Shown here piece after piece: positions 18,821 through 29,039 of a stretch of 35,569 nt of DNA (position 1 is the first letter of the stretch; each line of letters starts with the position of its first letter). Source of the DNA: Bacteroidota bacterium (GTDB lineage: Bacteria > Bacteroidota > Bacteroidia > Bacteroidales > UBA4417); NCBI GenBank assembly GCA_020048595.1, contig JAIFMH010000378.1, positions 1 through 35,569 of the forward strand, written 5' to 3'. The translations under genes and the position numbers were made by a program. Under the pieces are notes generated by a model. The model saw only the letters and a list, made by a program, of their open reading frames with translations. It did not search any database and was not told the DNA's origin.

Positions 18821-18828
18821 CAAATTTA
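18821..18828 (-). promoter_or_regulatory. Putative -7 promoter box for the DUF349 gene
   Basis: Minus-strand TAAATTTG followed by CAG, ~135 nt upstream of the start. Confidence 0.55.
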
Positions 18829-18919
18829 ACAACATTTCGTTAAGTAGGTCATTTAATCGTAAATAGATTCATGAAATCATATATCCGATTCTTAATGCTG
18901 CATATTGCATTGAATGTGG

Positions 18920-21223
18920 TTAAAAAGCCGGGCGATTAAAAATAATAAACCCGATATTGACATAGAATGAAAGTGGTGTTTCGTCATCATAATAATTCAG
19001 CGATGCACTCAAAGGTCCTATAGGTGTGTTATACACAAAACTACCCGACAATATATAATGTAATGAAGGGAATATCTCACTCTTAATAACCTGCTGTTTA
19101 TAATCACTGCTTAACTCATAAATAGGAGCCATTAAAAATCCTTCGAACCTGAAATCCATATTTTTATTTAGCGATATTATATTCCGCATGCCAAGAGCAA
19201 TGAATCCTGCCGGCCTGTATTCTGCCTGGTAAATGGTCGACATTTCGTATATCGGACTGTATACCGGCATATAGAGTGTTGTTGAAGTATAGTTCCTGAA
19301 ACTTTCCAGGTTGTTAGCCTGAAATTCAAAATTTATCCCCGGCCTGTATAGTTTTCCGGGACGAAAGTATTTATCATATACAAATTTGAAAATAAAATAA
19401 TTATGATAATCGGTATAACTGTCCTGCAAGACTGATGTTGTTCCTGGAGTATGCCTTTCGAGCCCGCTAACAAATTGGACCGATGAAAACAACCTTGCTC
19501 CCTGGTTTGAATATTGCTTTCGGTTAAGTGTGTTAAATTCGATTTCGATATAAGGGCTATAAAAATTAAATTTAGTCCGGTCGGCTTCGTCTTCCTTCGT
19601 AGCAGTATTGGTTTGAAAATAATCAGCACGGTTCGATCCGATATTAATTCCTGTTTCCAGTTTCCCTTTATAGGTCAAAGGAAAACCAGCATCAATCCGG
19701 AGATAGGTATTATTCTCATACAGAAATGAAGGTGTATCATCCGTAAAGAAGAATGATTTGGTCCGGTAATAATTAAACTGATTAAAGGTATATTCAGCTT
19801 CCAGGTACTTGGGCTTTCGGCCTGGAAATTCCATTCTTCCGCCTACTAATGCGGAATTGTAAAAACGGCCGAAAGTTCCGTTAACCTTAGCGGTTGTTGC
19901 AATTTTCCGCCAAAGACTGTATTTCAATTGTAAAAAAATTTCGTTGGTACCACTTGATGACAAACTCCCGCCAAAATCGGCTTCAATTCCTTGTTCGTAT
20001 TGAGCATCCATTACAAATTTGTACCGCTGCGAAATGGTATCCAAAACCAGTGTCGGATATACCGATTTTAATCGATTCTCGCCTACAACTTTAAAATAGC
20101 CCGATTTAACTAGGTCAAGACTAATGTCCTGAGCGTAGTACGTATTTGATTTACGCCCCTTAACCTGACCCATCACTGCATTTGCAACATACAGAGCCTG
20201 TCCTTGCTGGATTCCTTTTACTTCGATACTGTTCACTTTGAGTTCAGGCTTGCGGTCATTAAACTTTTTTCGGATGCTGTCATGCATAGCCTGGGTAACG
20301 GTATCAAGAACAAACTGCCGGATTTGGGGAATAAGTCTCATGGTTGAAACGTATCCGCTATCAATAAAAGCTTCTGTATTTGAGAAATCGGTAAGATTAA
20401 CAGTTTTCAGTTCCGGCTCAATCAGAACGCTCGCATCGCAATACAGATCAAACTTCGTTTCATCCATAAGCATTGTTTTCAGCTGCGAAACAACATCATC
20501 ATCAGCAGGAGGAGGATAATTCCCGGCTGCTTTACTACCTATAATTATATCAGGGTAAAAATCCTCCATCACCACATCGGAAGGGAAATTATTATACATA
20601 CCTCCGTCGAACAACAGGCGACCATCAATGCGGATGGGTTTAAAATAAAAAGGAAAGGTCATTGATGCCCTGATAGCAGAACCTAAATCCCCTTTCTTCA
20701 GGATATATGGCCTGTTATTACCTACATCAGCGGCAACACAGCGGAATGGAACCATTAACTTATTAAAATCGTATCCTGATACTGCTGAGGCTTCTGAATA
20801 CAGTTCCAGGAAAGCAAAATCCATTCGCAACGGCGAAACTATATTAGTTGGCAATTGCGTTTGCAAAACGGAATCATACTTAAACTTGAAACTCAGCCAT
20901 GACGGATCTGGCTGTCCCTTCCTGAAGAAATAGGTATATTGCTGATCAAGCTTCCCGGACACCCATTTTGAAAATTCTTCGGAGTTGATGATTTGAAGCA
21001 TCTGATCAGGCGAATAGCCCGAAGCATATAAACCACCAATAATTGCTCCCATTGATGTTCCTGCGATATAATCAATCGGGATACCGCTTTCTTCGAGTGC
21101 CATCAATACGCCGATATGTGTTACTCCTTTAGCTCCTCCCCCGCTTAAAACAACTGCAACCTTCTGTGAATAAGCAGAAAAAGAGTAAATAAATACGAGC
21201 AATAAAAGGCATCTCTTTTTCAT
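18920..21223 (-). CDS. Patatin-like phospholipase with POTRA-like and C-terminal beta-barrel region (PlpD-like)
   Basis: SGGGAKG, GTSMG nucleophile, AIRASM, DGG; C-terminal NTPIGPLS...FYVNIGF barrel end. Likely start is ATG 21223 (MKKRCLLLLVF, signal peptide). Confidence 0.88.
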   Translation of the reverse strand: MKKRCLLLLVFIYSFSAYSQKVAVVLSGGGAKGVTHIGVLMALEESGIPIDYIAGTSMGAIIGGLYASGYSPDQMLQIINSEEFSKWVSGKLDQQYTYFFRKGQPDPSWLSFKFKYDSVLQTQLPTNIVSPLRMDFAFLELYSEASAVSGYDFNKLMVPFRCVAADVGNNRPYILKKGDLGSAIRASMTFPFYFKPIRIDGRLLFDGGMYNNFPSDVVMEDFYPDIIIGSKAAGNYPPPADDDVVSQLKTMLMDETKFDLYCDASVLIEPELKTVNLTDFSNTEAFIDSGYVSTMRLIPQIRQFVLDTVTQAMHDSIRKKFNDRKPELKVNSIEVKGIQQGQALYVANAVMGQVKGRKSNTYYAQDISLDLVKSGYFKVVGENRLKSVYPTLVLDTISQRYKFVMDAQYEQGIEADFGGSLSSSGTNEIFLQLKYSLWRKIATTAKVNGTFGRFYNSALVGGRMEFPGRKPKYLEAEYTFNQFNYYRTKSFFFTDDTPSFLYENNTYLRIDAGFPLTYKGKLETGINIGSNRADYFQTNTATKEDEADRTKFNFYSPYIEIEFNTLNRKQYSNQGARLFSSVQFVSGLERHTPGTTSVLQDSYTDYHNYFIFKFVYDKYFRPGKLYRPGINFEFQANNLESFRNYTSTTLYMPVYSPIYEMSTIYQAEYRPAGFIALGMRNIISLNKNMDFRFEGFLMAPIYELSSDYKQQVIKSEIFPSLHYILSGSFVYNTPIGPLSASLNYYDDETPLSFYVNIGFIIFNRPAF

Positions 21224-21248
21224 GATAACAACAGGAAATATAAAAGTA

Positions 21249-21256
21249 CAAATATA
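21249..21256 (-). promoter_or_regulatory. Putative -7 promoter box for the patatin gene
   Basis: Minus-strand TATATTTG, 25 nt upstream of ATG 21223. Confidence 0.55.
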
Positions 21257-21329
21257 AGAAAATCCGACGCAAGGGCCGGATTTAATATTCATTCAGATAT
21301 GACTGAAGCTGTTTAAAAGCGCTTAAAAC

Positions 21330-22511
21330 CTAAACTTTTTCCAGGGCTTGCTCAAGATCGGCCATCAGATCCGCTACATCTTCGATGCCAACTGAATAAC
21401 GAACCAATCCATCCGTAATTCCTGCTTTTATCTTTCCCTCTGCCGATACTTTCGAATGCGTCATGGATGCCGGATGTTGAATCAATGTTTCAACTCCACC
21501 CAGCGAAACTGCGAGAATAGCCATTTTCACACTGTTCATCAGTATTCTTCCAGATTCAATTCCGCCTTTCAACTCAAAACTTATCATACTCCCAAATCCA
21601 TCCATCTGAACTTTTGCAAGCTCATGCTGAGGATGTGAAACCAGCCCCGGATACCGCACCCATGCCACTTTGGGATGATTTTCAAGATAAGTTGCCAGTT
21701 TGATTGCAGATTCCTGTGCCCTGTCCACACGGAGGCTTAAGGTTTTAACACCTCTTATTACAAGGTAGGCCTGGTGCGGATCCATATTAAATCCCAGTGT
21801 TACCATAACCGGACGCAGTTTTTTATACAATTCCTTATCCTTTGCAATAACAACGCCGCCAACAATATCTGCGTGGCCGTTTATAAACTTGGTAAGTGAA
21901 TGCAAAACGATATCAGCGCCCCAATCGAGCGGGCGTTGCAGGTAAGGGCTGCAAAAAGTGTTATCCACAGCAACAGGAATTCCATGCTGATGTGCCAGTT
22001 CGCAACAAGCCTTCAGATCGGTAATTTCCATGGTAGGATTCGAAGGCGTTTCGATGTATAACAGCCTGGTTTCCGGCCGTATGGCTTTTCGAACATCTTC
22101 AATATTAGCCGTATTTACAAAGGATGCCTCAACACCAAATTTTTTATAATATGTTTCGAGTACCACGCGTGAAGGCCCATAAACAGCTGCTGAACTTACC
22201 ACATGATCACCCTGCGAAAGCATTGCACCATACACAGTATTTACAGCACCCATGCCTGAACTTGTAGCAATTCCGCCAAATCCGTTCTCGAGTTCAGCCA
22301 GCAAAGTTTCCAGTGCATGTATGGTAGGATTGCCAATCCTTGTATAGATGTAGCCATCACTTTCGCCGGCAAAACAGGCTGCTCCATGCTCGGCACTGTC
22401 GAACTTAAACGTGGAAGTCTGGTAAATAGGCACCGTTGCACTACCTAGTGCATCATTGAATTCACCGCCATGGATGAGTTTGGAATTAAAACCAATGTTT
22501 TTGTTTTTCAT
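21330..22511 (-). CDS. Cys/Met metabolism PLP-dependent lyase (methionine gamma-lyase-like)
   Basis: PIYQTSTF, YIYTRIGNPT, SSGMGA, ETPSNPT, VDNTF, HSLTK208FINGH (PLP lysine), AVSLGGVETLIQHPASMTH, LVRYSVGIED. Confidence 0.9.
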   Translation of the reverse strand: MKNKNIGFNSKLIHGGEFNDALGSATVPIYQTSTFKFDSAEHGAACFAGESDGYIYTRIGNPTIHALETLLAELENGFGGIATSSGMGAVNTVYGAMLSQGDHVVSSAAVYGPSRVVLETYYKKFGVEASFVNTANIEDVRKAIRPETRLLYIETPSNPTMEITDLKACCELAHQHGIPVAVDNTFCSPYLQRPLDWGADIVLHSLTKFINGHADIVGGVVIAKDKELYKKLRPVMVTLGFNMDPHQAYLVIRGVKTLSLRVDRAQESAIKLATYLENHPKVAWVRYPGLVSHPQHELAKVQMDGFGSMISFELKGGIESGRILMNSVKMAILAVSLGGVETLIQHPASMTHSKVSAEGKIKAGITDGLVRYSVGIEDVADLMADLEQALEKV

Positions 22512-22589
22512 TCGAATCCAATTAAGTAAAAATTTAAAATAATTTGAATGCTGCTTATAAATCAGGAAGCGACCAATGCTTCCTTTATT

Positions 22590-23183
22590 TTATTTTCCTT
22601 TTTTCAACATCGATGCCAATCCATTCGTAAGTGAATTTTCGCGGTTATGTTTAAAAACACCTTCTTTTGCTTCTTTTACATCTTCAATGGTATAAAAAGC
22701 CGTCGGATGGTAATCATGCAGTGTTTTCAGAAAAACAGGAATTTCCTTGCGCCTGATGATTGAAAAGAGAACTTTAACGTTGCCTTTGGATCCTTCAGCA
22801 TCCAGAATAGTGAGTCCGAAATTATGTAATTTCAATGCTGCCAGAAGTTCAGGCGATTCACTCGAAAGAATAACCCTGATAATGGATGTGCCTATTGATA
22901 ACCTTTCTTCAAGTGTGATCCCAATAAAATTACCCATTGCAAATCCAGCACCATAAGCTACATAACACAACCAGTTATCAAGATGTTGCATAATCTGTCC
23001 AACGGCAAGGAGCCAGATAATTACTTCGAAAAAACCAAGAAAAGGCGCAATGTATTTCATCCCTTTCGAAAGAAAGATAAGCCTCAGAGTACCAATGCTC
23101 TGATCGAGTATGCGGGCAAAAAATATCAGGGATGGTAACAGTATCCATGTAAAAAACCAGGTATCGGAAGCTAAAAAATCCAT
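22590..23183 (-). CDS. DUF2179/DUF5698 (UPF0316-like) membrane protein
   Basis: IFFARILDQSIGTLR, LGFFEVIIW, AYGAGFAMGNFIG, GLTILDAEG, PTAFYTIEDV; about 3 TM helices plus a soluble C-domain. Confidence 0.82.
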   Translation of the reverse strand: MDFLASDTWFFTWILLPSLIFFARILDQSIGTLRLIFLSKGMKYIAPFLGFFEVIIWLLAVGQIMQHLDNWLCYVAYGAGFAMGNFIGITLEERLSIGTSIIRVILSSESPELLAALKLHNFGLTILDAEGSKGNVKVLFSIIRRKEIPVFLKTLHDYHPTAFYTIEDVKEAKEGVFKHNRENSLTNGLASMLKKGK

Positions 23184-23317
23184 AAGTAATAATACTGAGA
23201 TTGAGGTGCTAAATTAGTATTTTTATCCAGCCACCTATCCGGAAAACATAATTATTTCAATGTCTGAAAAACAAAACAAAATCCAATATTATTGTTATGC
23301 CGGAACAAACGAATGTG

Positions 23318-23325
23318 TAACTTTG
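23318..23325 (+). promoter_or_regulatory. Putative -7 promoter box for the tricorn protease gene
   Basis: TAACTTTG, 34 nt upstream of ATG 23360. Confidence 0.6.
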
Positions 23326-23359
23326 TTGATATTCAAACTGAATCTAAAACCACATATAA

Positions 23360-26300
23360 ATGAACCGACTATTTCGCACTTTTCTTTTTTCAGCATTTTT
23401 AATTAGTCTTCCGGCTATTCTTGTTGCGCAGGATGAAGCCCGGTTATTGCGTTTCCCTGCTGTAAGTGGCAACACGATTGTTTTTTCTTATGCCGGTGAT
23501 TTATATACCGTTCCGGTAAGCGGCGGAATGGCACGTAAACTTACCAGCGATGCCGGATATGAAATGTTTTCTCACTTTTCGCCTGATGGAACTACTGTTG
23601 CATTTACTGCCCAGTATGATGGGAATACCGAAATATATACCATGCCAGCACAAGGAGGCGTTCCCGTAAGGCTAACCATTACTGCAACACTTGGACGCGA
23701 TGATATCAGTGATAGGATGGGGCCAAACAACATTGTTATGGGCTGGACACCTGATGGTAAAAACATTATATACCGTTCGCGAAAGCAAACATTCAACGAC
23801 TTTATCGGTCAACTGTTCACGGTTCCTGCCTCGGGAGGAATGTCGAAGGAACTGCCATTACCTGCCGGTGGTTTCTGTTCGTATTCGCCTGATGGAAATC
23901 AACTGGCATACAACAGGGTTTTTCGCGAATTCCGTACATGGAAGTATTATAAAGGTGGAATGGCAGATGATATCTGGATACATGATTTTGCATCTAAGAC
24001 TACACGCAATATTACCGATAATAAAAACCAGGATATATTCCCTATGTGGTTTGGCAATGAGATTTATTTCTGTTCCGACCGCGACCGGACTATGAATCTT
24101 TTTTGTTATGACACTAAAACTAATCAAACACGAAAAGTTACAAGCTATACGGAATATGACATCAAATTCCCTTCAGCCGGCGACAATCGCATTATTTATG
24201 AAAATGGCGGCTTTATTTACATATTTGACTTAAAAACCCAAACATCCTCAAAAGTCACCGTTCAGATTTCTGACGACTTCAATACCGCCCGTAATGAGTT
24301 AAAAGATGCTACACGCTATATGGGACAGGTAAATCCGTCTCCTGATGGAAAACGGATTGTTGTAACCGGCAGAGGTGATATTTTCACTGTTCCTGTTAAA
24401 GAAGGAATAACCCGAAATCTAACATCAAGCAGCAATGCACATGAACGGGAAGGATTCTGGTCTCCGGATGGCAAATGGGTTGCTTATCTGAGCGATGCAA
24501 GCGGCGAGTACGAAATTTATATCACGAAACAAGACGGAAGCGAACCTCCTGTTCAACTCACCAAAGGTGCTGACACTTATAAATTCACAATAAGATGGTC
24601 GCCCGACAGCAAAAAAATCATATGGAATGATAAAATGCTGCGATTGCAATATATTGATATTGCTACTAAAAAAGTTACACTTGTTGATAAATCAAAAGTT
24701 GCTGAATTCAATAGTTTCGACTGGTCACCGGATAGCCGATGGATTGTATACAGCCGTGCTCTCGAAAACGAAATGCAACAAATTATACTGTTTAATACTG
24801 CTAATGAAACTAAATCAGAAATAACCGATCAATGGTTTTCATCTGATCAGCCGGTTTTTTCAAATGACGGCAAATACATCATATTTACATCCGACCGTAC
24901 ATTTAATCCTATGTACAGCAATGTTGAATGGAATTATGCCTACGAAAACATGACCAAACTTTACCTGGTAACTCTCACAAAAGACACGCCATCACCTTTT
25001 GCGCCTTCGAATGATGAGGTAAAAACAGAAGAAGCTAAAGATCAGAAAGAAGCTAAATCAGCGAAAGACGAATCCGGTAAAAAAGCAAGTAAAACTGAAA
25101 AGACTGACAAGACTGATAAAAAAGAACCCGAGCCGGAAGTTAAACCGGTTAAAATTGATCTGGAAGGAATACAGCAACGCATCATCGAAATCCCTGTAGA
25201 TGCAGGTAACTATTGGAATCTCTGGTCAGTTGATGACAAGATTTACTACATAAACGCCAATGATAAAGGTAGAACAGCTAAAGTGTATGATCTGAAACAA
25301 AAAAAAGAAACCGAACTTGGGAATGATTTTGCTTTTGACATTTCAGCTGACGGCAAAAAAATGCTGATCAGGCAACGGAACAGGTTTTCAATGATCGACC
25401 TTCCCTCTTCGAAAATCAATACCGAAAAATACATTGATTTATCCGACCTTAAAATTTGGGTGAACAATCAGCTGGAATGGAAACAAATTTATGATGAAGC
25501 CTGGCGGCAAATGCGCGACTTCTTCTATGTCCCGAACATGCATGGTGTGGATTGGAAAGCCATGCACGATAAATACGCAGTAATGCTTCCCAATGTTAAC
25601 AACCGTAACGATCTTACCTACCTGATAGGTGAAATGATTGCCGAATTAAGTGTTGGTCATGCCTATATCAGTGGTGGCGAAACCAAACCTTTAGAAAGGA
25701 TAAAACTGGGACTCCTGGGTGCAAGACTTAGCAAAGATGCCTCCGGATATTTCAGGATCGACAGTTTATTGCAAGGAGCTAACTGGAGCCCTGATTTACG
25801 CTCGCCACTAACCGAAGTAGGCGTAGGCGCAGTAAAAGGCGAATATATTACTTCCGTAAATGGCAAGTCTACCAGGGAAATGCCAGATATTTATTCAGCA
25901 TTAATCAACAGATCAGGTAAAAATGTTGAACTAACGCTAAATACAACTCCGGCTGAAGGAGGGCGGAAAGTATTGGTGGTACCGTTAAGTGATGAGTCAA
26001 AACTCTATTACTATACCTGGGTGCAAAACAACATCCGCAAGGTGGATAAAGCAACCAACGGACAAGTCGGGTATATTCACATTCCCGACATGGGAGCCGA
26101 AGGATTGAATGAATTTGTTAAATATTTCTATCCTCAACTATCTAAAAAAGCATTGATTATTGACGATCGTGGAAACGGAGGAGGAAATGTTTCGCCTATG
26201 ATCATCGAACGTCTGAGCCGCGAAATACAAAGGAGCAATATGGCACGAAATGTAGAAACAATAGGACACACACCTGGCAAAATGATGCTTGGCCCCAAAG

Positions 26301-26668
26301 TATTGCTTATCGATAATTACTCTGCTTCTGACGGTGACCTCTTCCCATATGGCTTCAAAAAACATCAGCTAGGTAAAGTTATTGGCAAGCGAAGCTGGGG
26401 CGGAGTAGTAGGAATCAGGGGTTCATTACCCTTTGTGGATGGCGCTGACCTTCGCAAACCGGAATTTGCCAGCTACTCAGCCGACGAAAGCAAATGGATA
26501 ATTGAGGGCATTGGTGTAGAACCTGATATCGAGATCGATAATGATCCAACCAGAGAGTACGAAGGAATAGATGACCAACTGAATAAAGCAATAGAAGTGA
26601 TTCTTGATGAATTAAAAAATTATAAAGAACAACCTCCCATCCCGACTCCTCCGGATAAAAGCAAATAA
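23360..26668 (+). CDS. Tricorn protease homolog (peptidase S41, PD40 propellers + PDZ)
   Basis: 1102 aa with signal peptide; many (W/F)SPDG repeats; KYYKGGMADDIW; ELSVGHAY; GYIHIPDM; DDRGNGGG; SASDGD catalytic motif; SWGGVVGI; GVEPDIEI. Confidence 0.95.
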   Translation: MNRLFRTFLFSAFLISLPAILVAQDEARLLRFPAVSGNTIVFSYAGDLYTVPVSGGMARKLTSDAGYEMFSHFSPDGTTVAFTAQYDGNTEIYTMPAQGGVPVRLTITATLGRDDISDRMGPNNIVMGWTPDGKNIIYRSRKQTFNDFIGQLFTVPASGGMSKELPLPAGGFCSYSPDGNQLAYNRVFREFRTWKYYKGGMADDIWIHDFASKTTRNITDNKNQDIFPMWFGNEIYFCSDRDRTMNLFCYDTKTNQTRKVTSYTEYDIKFPSAGDNRIIYENGGFIYIFDLKTQTSSKVTVQISDDFNTARNELKDATRYMGQVNPSPDGKRIVVTGRGDIFTVPVKEGITRNLTSSSNAHEREGFWSPDGKWVAYLSDASGEYEIYITKQDGSEPPVQLTKGADTYKFTIRWSPDSKKIIWNDKMLRLQYIDIATKKVTLVDKSKVAEFNSFDWSPDSRWIVYSRALENEMQQIILFNTANETKSEITDQWFSSDQPVFSNDGKYIIFTSDRTFNPMYSNVEWNYAYENMTKLYLVTLTKDTPSPFAPSNDEVKTEEAKDQKEAKSAKDESGKKASKTEKTDKTDKKEPEPEVKPVKIDLEGIQQRIIEIPVDAGNYWNLWSVDDKIYYINANDKGRTAKVYDLKQKKETELGNDFAFDISADGKKMLIRQRNRFSMIDLPSSKINTEKYIDLSDLKIWVNNQLEWKQIYDEAWRQMRDFFYVPNMHGVDWKAMHDKYAVMLPNVNNRNDLTYLIGEMIAELSVGHAYISGGETKPLERIKLGLLGARLSKDASGYFRIDSLLQGANWSPDLRSPLTEVGVGAVKGEYITSVNGKSTREMPDIYSALINRSGKNVELTLNTTPAEGGRKVLVVPLSDESKLYYYTWVQNNIRKVDKATNGQVGYIHIPDMGAEGLNEFVKYFYPQLSKKALIIDDRGNGGGNVSPMIIERLSREIQRSNMARNVETIGHTPGKMMLGPKVLLIDNYSASDGDLFPYGFKKHQLGKVIGKRSWGGVVGIRGSLPFVDGADLRKPEFASYSADESKWIIEGIGVEPDIEIDNDPTREYEGIDDQLNKAIEVILDELKNYKEQPPIPTPPDKSK

Positions 26669-26676
26669 CGCCGTAA

Positions 26677-26722
26677 ATTATGAAAACGACGACTCCAATC
26701 TGAAGTCGTCGTTTTTCATAAT
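26677..26722 (+). terminator. Intrinsic terminator after tricorn protease
   Basis: ATTATGAAAACGACGACT-loop-AGTCGTCGTTTTTCATAAT long inverted repeat. Confidence 0.8.
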
Positions 26723-26805
26723 CCTCCTACAGACTATTTGTTGTTAAATTACGTTATTGCTTTCAAACACCTATTGAAAAAACATTCTCAATAAACCTGC
26801 TTCAC

Positions 26806-27534
26806 ATGACTCGTATTTATCTGATCTGTTTTTTTGTCATAGTAACTTCATACAGTGCCCTTGCACAGAAACAGAATAGTAATTACCCGTTACAAAATTC
26901 AGGTAGTTTATGGGTTGGTGCAATGGCCGGTCCTAGCTTACTTATCGAGAAAGCTGCTGATAGCCTTCCTGCCGGTATACAGGATTATTTCAACCAGTTA
27001 CGATCAGGCTGGCACTATGGCTTTGAAACAGAATATTTCCTAAACAAATATATTGGAATAGGAGCCAAGTATACCAGGTTCAATACAAAACAAGAGGCAG
27101 ACAGTATAGTAATCGAGTTCTTTTCAAGCACTTTTTACATCGATCTATCTAATAATATGAGTATTCATTCTGTTTCACCTATGGTTTATGGCAAGCTACC
27201 GCTGTTAAACAACAAATTATCTGTCACAGGTGGTCTTGGGCCGGCCTGGCTTTTTTATCGAAATTTAGGAACAGCGGTAAGTGATTCAGTAATGATAAAA
27301 GGATCTTCTCCCGGTTTATCTACATCTCTGCGAGTCAGCTATGAGTTGATTCCAAATCTAAATATTGGCTTGCAAGGGAGTTATATTTATTCGATACTGA
27401 AAGGATTCACCCAGGATGATGGCTCAGCAACACAGGAAATAACACTGGAAGAAGAAAACTATCAAAACATCTCCCGCCTGGATATTTCATTCGGAATATT
27501 CTATACTTTTCGTCGTAATCTGAGCAATAAATGA
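26806..27534 (+). CDS. Outer-membrane beta-barrel domain protein
   Basis: 242 aa, signal ending ALA-Q; amphipathic strands (WHYGFETEYF, IGIGAKYTRF, LNIGLQGSY, LDISFGIFYTF). Confidence 0.72.
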   Translation: MTRIYLICFFVIVTSYSALAQKQNSNYPLQNSGSLWVGAMAGPSLLIEKAADSLPAGIQDYFNQLRSGWHYGFETEYFLNKYIGIGAKYTRFNTKQEADSIVIEFFSSTFYIDLSNNMSIHSVSPMVYGKLPLLNNKLSVTGGLGPAWLFYRNLGTAVSDSVMIKGSSPGLSTSLRVSYELIPNLNIGLQGSYIYSILKGFTQDDGSATQEITLEEENYQNISRLDISFGIFYTFRRNLSNK

Positions 27535-28307
27535 AAAAAAAGATATTTTTGTTTTTAGTTTTGAGCAATGCGTTTACTTTGATGGGGATAGCCCAGTCTG
27601 CCGTTAAGGAGTTTGATACAATACAATTCAACAGGCAGCTCGAGTTTGCCAACCAGCTTATCGAAAACGAATACTACACTCAACTCACAATTGACAAATT
27701 CAGTCAGCAGGAGGATGTTTCTGCAATTGAATGGTTTAGTTACAACGAAAACACTGCATGGTATACCGTTGGAGGAAATACTGTTGACAATAAATTCAAC
27801 ATCATTCACCATGTAAAATTTGATTCACTTTATTCGATATCCGATTATAAAGGCAGCTATGATACATCAGAGCTGAATGCGAAAGGAATCGCATTATCAA
27901 AGGCTAATATTCAATTTCAGATAATCCGCGACACCACCAGCATTTACTTTAATTCATTTGTTATCAGTAATCCTGACCAAACGATCAGCATCTGGAAGCT
28001 TCCTGCATTTCAACCAAGCGGCCAGGCAATTTATGGATATGAATGGGAGTATATTTTTGACAAAACCGGTAAAAATTTACTCAGGCAAAATTCATATACC
28101 AATATTTTAACTGGTGTCTGGATCGGCCAGCCACGTGAATTGTGGCTGAATTACCGAAACACAGATAAACCTACTCCAGGCAGCGTGTTTTTTGCTCAAT
28201 CCTTTCGCGATTACTTCACGCGCATACGCATTGATACCCGGAACAGCACCAGCACCGTAACAAAGGACACCAACGGAAATTACGTTTGGACCCACAAAAT
28301 AAAGTAA
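27531..28307 (+). CDS. Exported hypothetical protein, translationally coupled to the beta-barrel gene
   Basis: 258 aa, MKKKIFLFLVL signal peptide, ATGA overlap with the upstream stop. Confidence 0.7.
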   Translation: MKKKIFLFLVLSNAFTLMGIAQSAVKEFDTIQFNRQLEFANQLIENEYYTQLTIDKFSQQEDVSAIEWFSYNENTAWYTVGGNTVDNKFNIIHHVKFDSLYSISDYKGSYDTSELNAKGIALSKANIQFQIIRDTTSIYFNSFVISNPDQTISIWKLPAFQPSGQAIYGYEWEYIFDKTGKNLLRQNSYTNILTGVWIGQPRELWLNYRNTDKPTPGSVFFAQSFRDYFTRIRIDTRNSTSTVTKDTNGNYVWTHKIK

Positions 28308-28351
28308 TTCTTATTTTTTTCATTTCTTACTATCATAACATTCTTTATACA

Positions 28352-28359
28352 TATATTTG
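28352..28359 (+). promoter_or_regulatory. Putative -7 promoter box for the NfeD-like/flotillin operon
   Basis: TATATTTG followed by C, 22 nt upstream of ATG 28382. Confidence 0.6.
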
Positions 28360-28381
28360 CTCTGACTAAATATTTCCTGAT

Positions 28382-28999
28382 ATGCAAACCTGGTGGGATG
28401 CCCTTACGGCCATCGAAAAAGTATTCTGGCTAATAGCCATACCATTTTCAGTAATCTTTTTAATTCAAATGGTGCTTTCATTCACCGGTATTGGTGGCGG
28501 AGCTACCGATCCGGGTGCGGAGCTGACTGATTTTCATTCTGATGCGTCAACCGCTGGGCACGATTTATCACAAAGCAATGAAGATTCCGGCCCTGGTTTC
28601 AGCTTTTTTACAATCCGCAATTTCATTGCTTTCTTTACCGTTTTCAGCTGGTCAGGCTTAGCATTCAATAATTCAGGTATCGGTATTGGATTAACAATTG
28701 TATTGGCAATATTACTTGGTGTTATAGCAATGCTTATCATCTCTTCACTCTTTTATTTCACCTCAAAAATGACAGGCAGTGGAAATGTTTCGATGAAAAA
28801 TGCCATCGGTGCCACCGGAAAAGTATACCTGCCAATTAAATCAAACCAGGGAAATATTGGCAAAGTACATGTTACATTTCAGGGATCAATCAGAGAAATG
28901 CAAGCTATTACAAAGCAGGACAGCGATCTACCAACCAATACAATCATAAAAGTAACCGGCCTGGCTGATGAAAGTATTCTTATCGTTGAAAAAAATTAA
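28382..28999 (+). CDS. NfeD-like membrane protein (flotillin partner, C-terminal OB fold)
   Basis: Three hydrophobic segments, then AIGATGKVYLPI...GKVHVTFQGSIREMQAIT...IIKVTG...LIVE; immediately upstream of an SPFH gene. Confidence 0.82.
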   Translation: MQTWWDALTAIEKVFWLIAIPFSVIFLIQMVLSFTGIGGGATDPGAELTDFHSDASTAGHDLSQSNEDSGPGFSFFTIRNFIAFFTVFSWSGLAFNNSGIGIGLTIVLAILLGVIAMLIISSLFYFTSKMTGSGNVSMKNAIGATGKVYLPIKSNQGNIGKVHVTFQGSIREMQAITKQDSDLPTNTIIKVTGLADESILIVEKN

Positions 29000-29039
29000 A
29001 CATTTCATGCACATTTATTAATCTTAAATCAATCCTATC

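Noticed and set aside
16192-21292. Track starts for aroC (16236) and patatin (21292)
   Set aside because: The extensions span TAnnTTTG promoter boxes; the downstream ATGs (16191, 21223) give the family N-terminus or signal peptide.
27534-27541. A8 run after the start codon as a phase-variation tract
   Set aside because: It is short and explained by the MKKK signal-peptide codons in an AT-rich genome.
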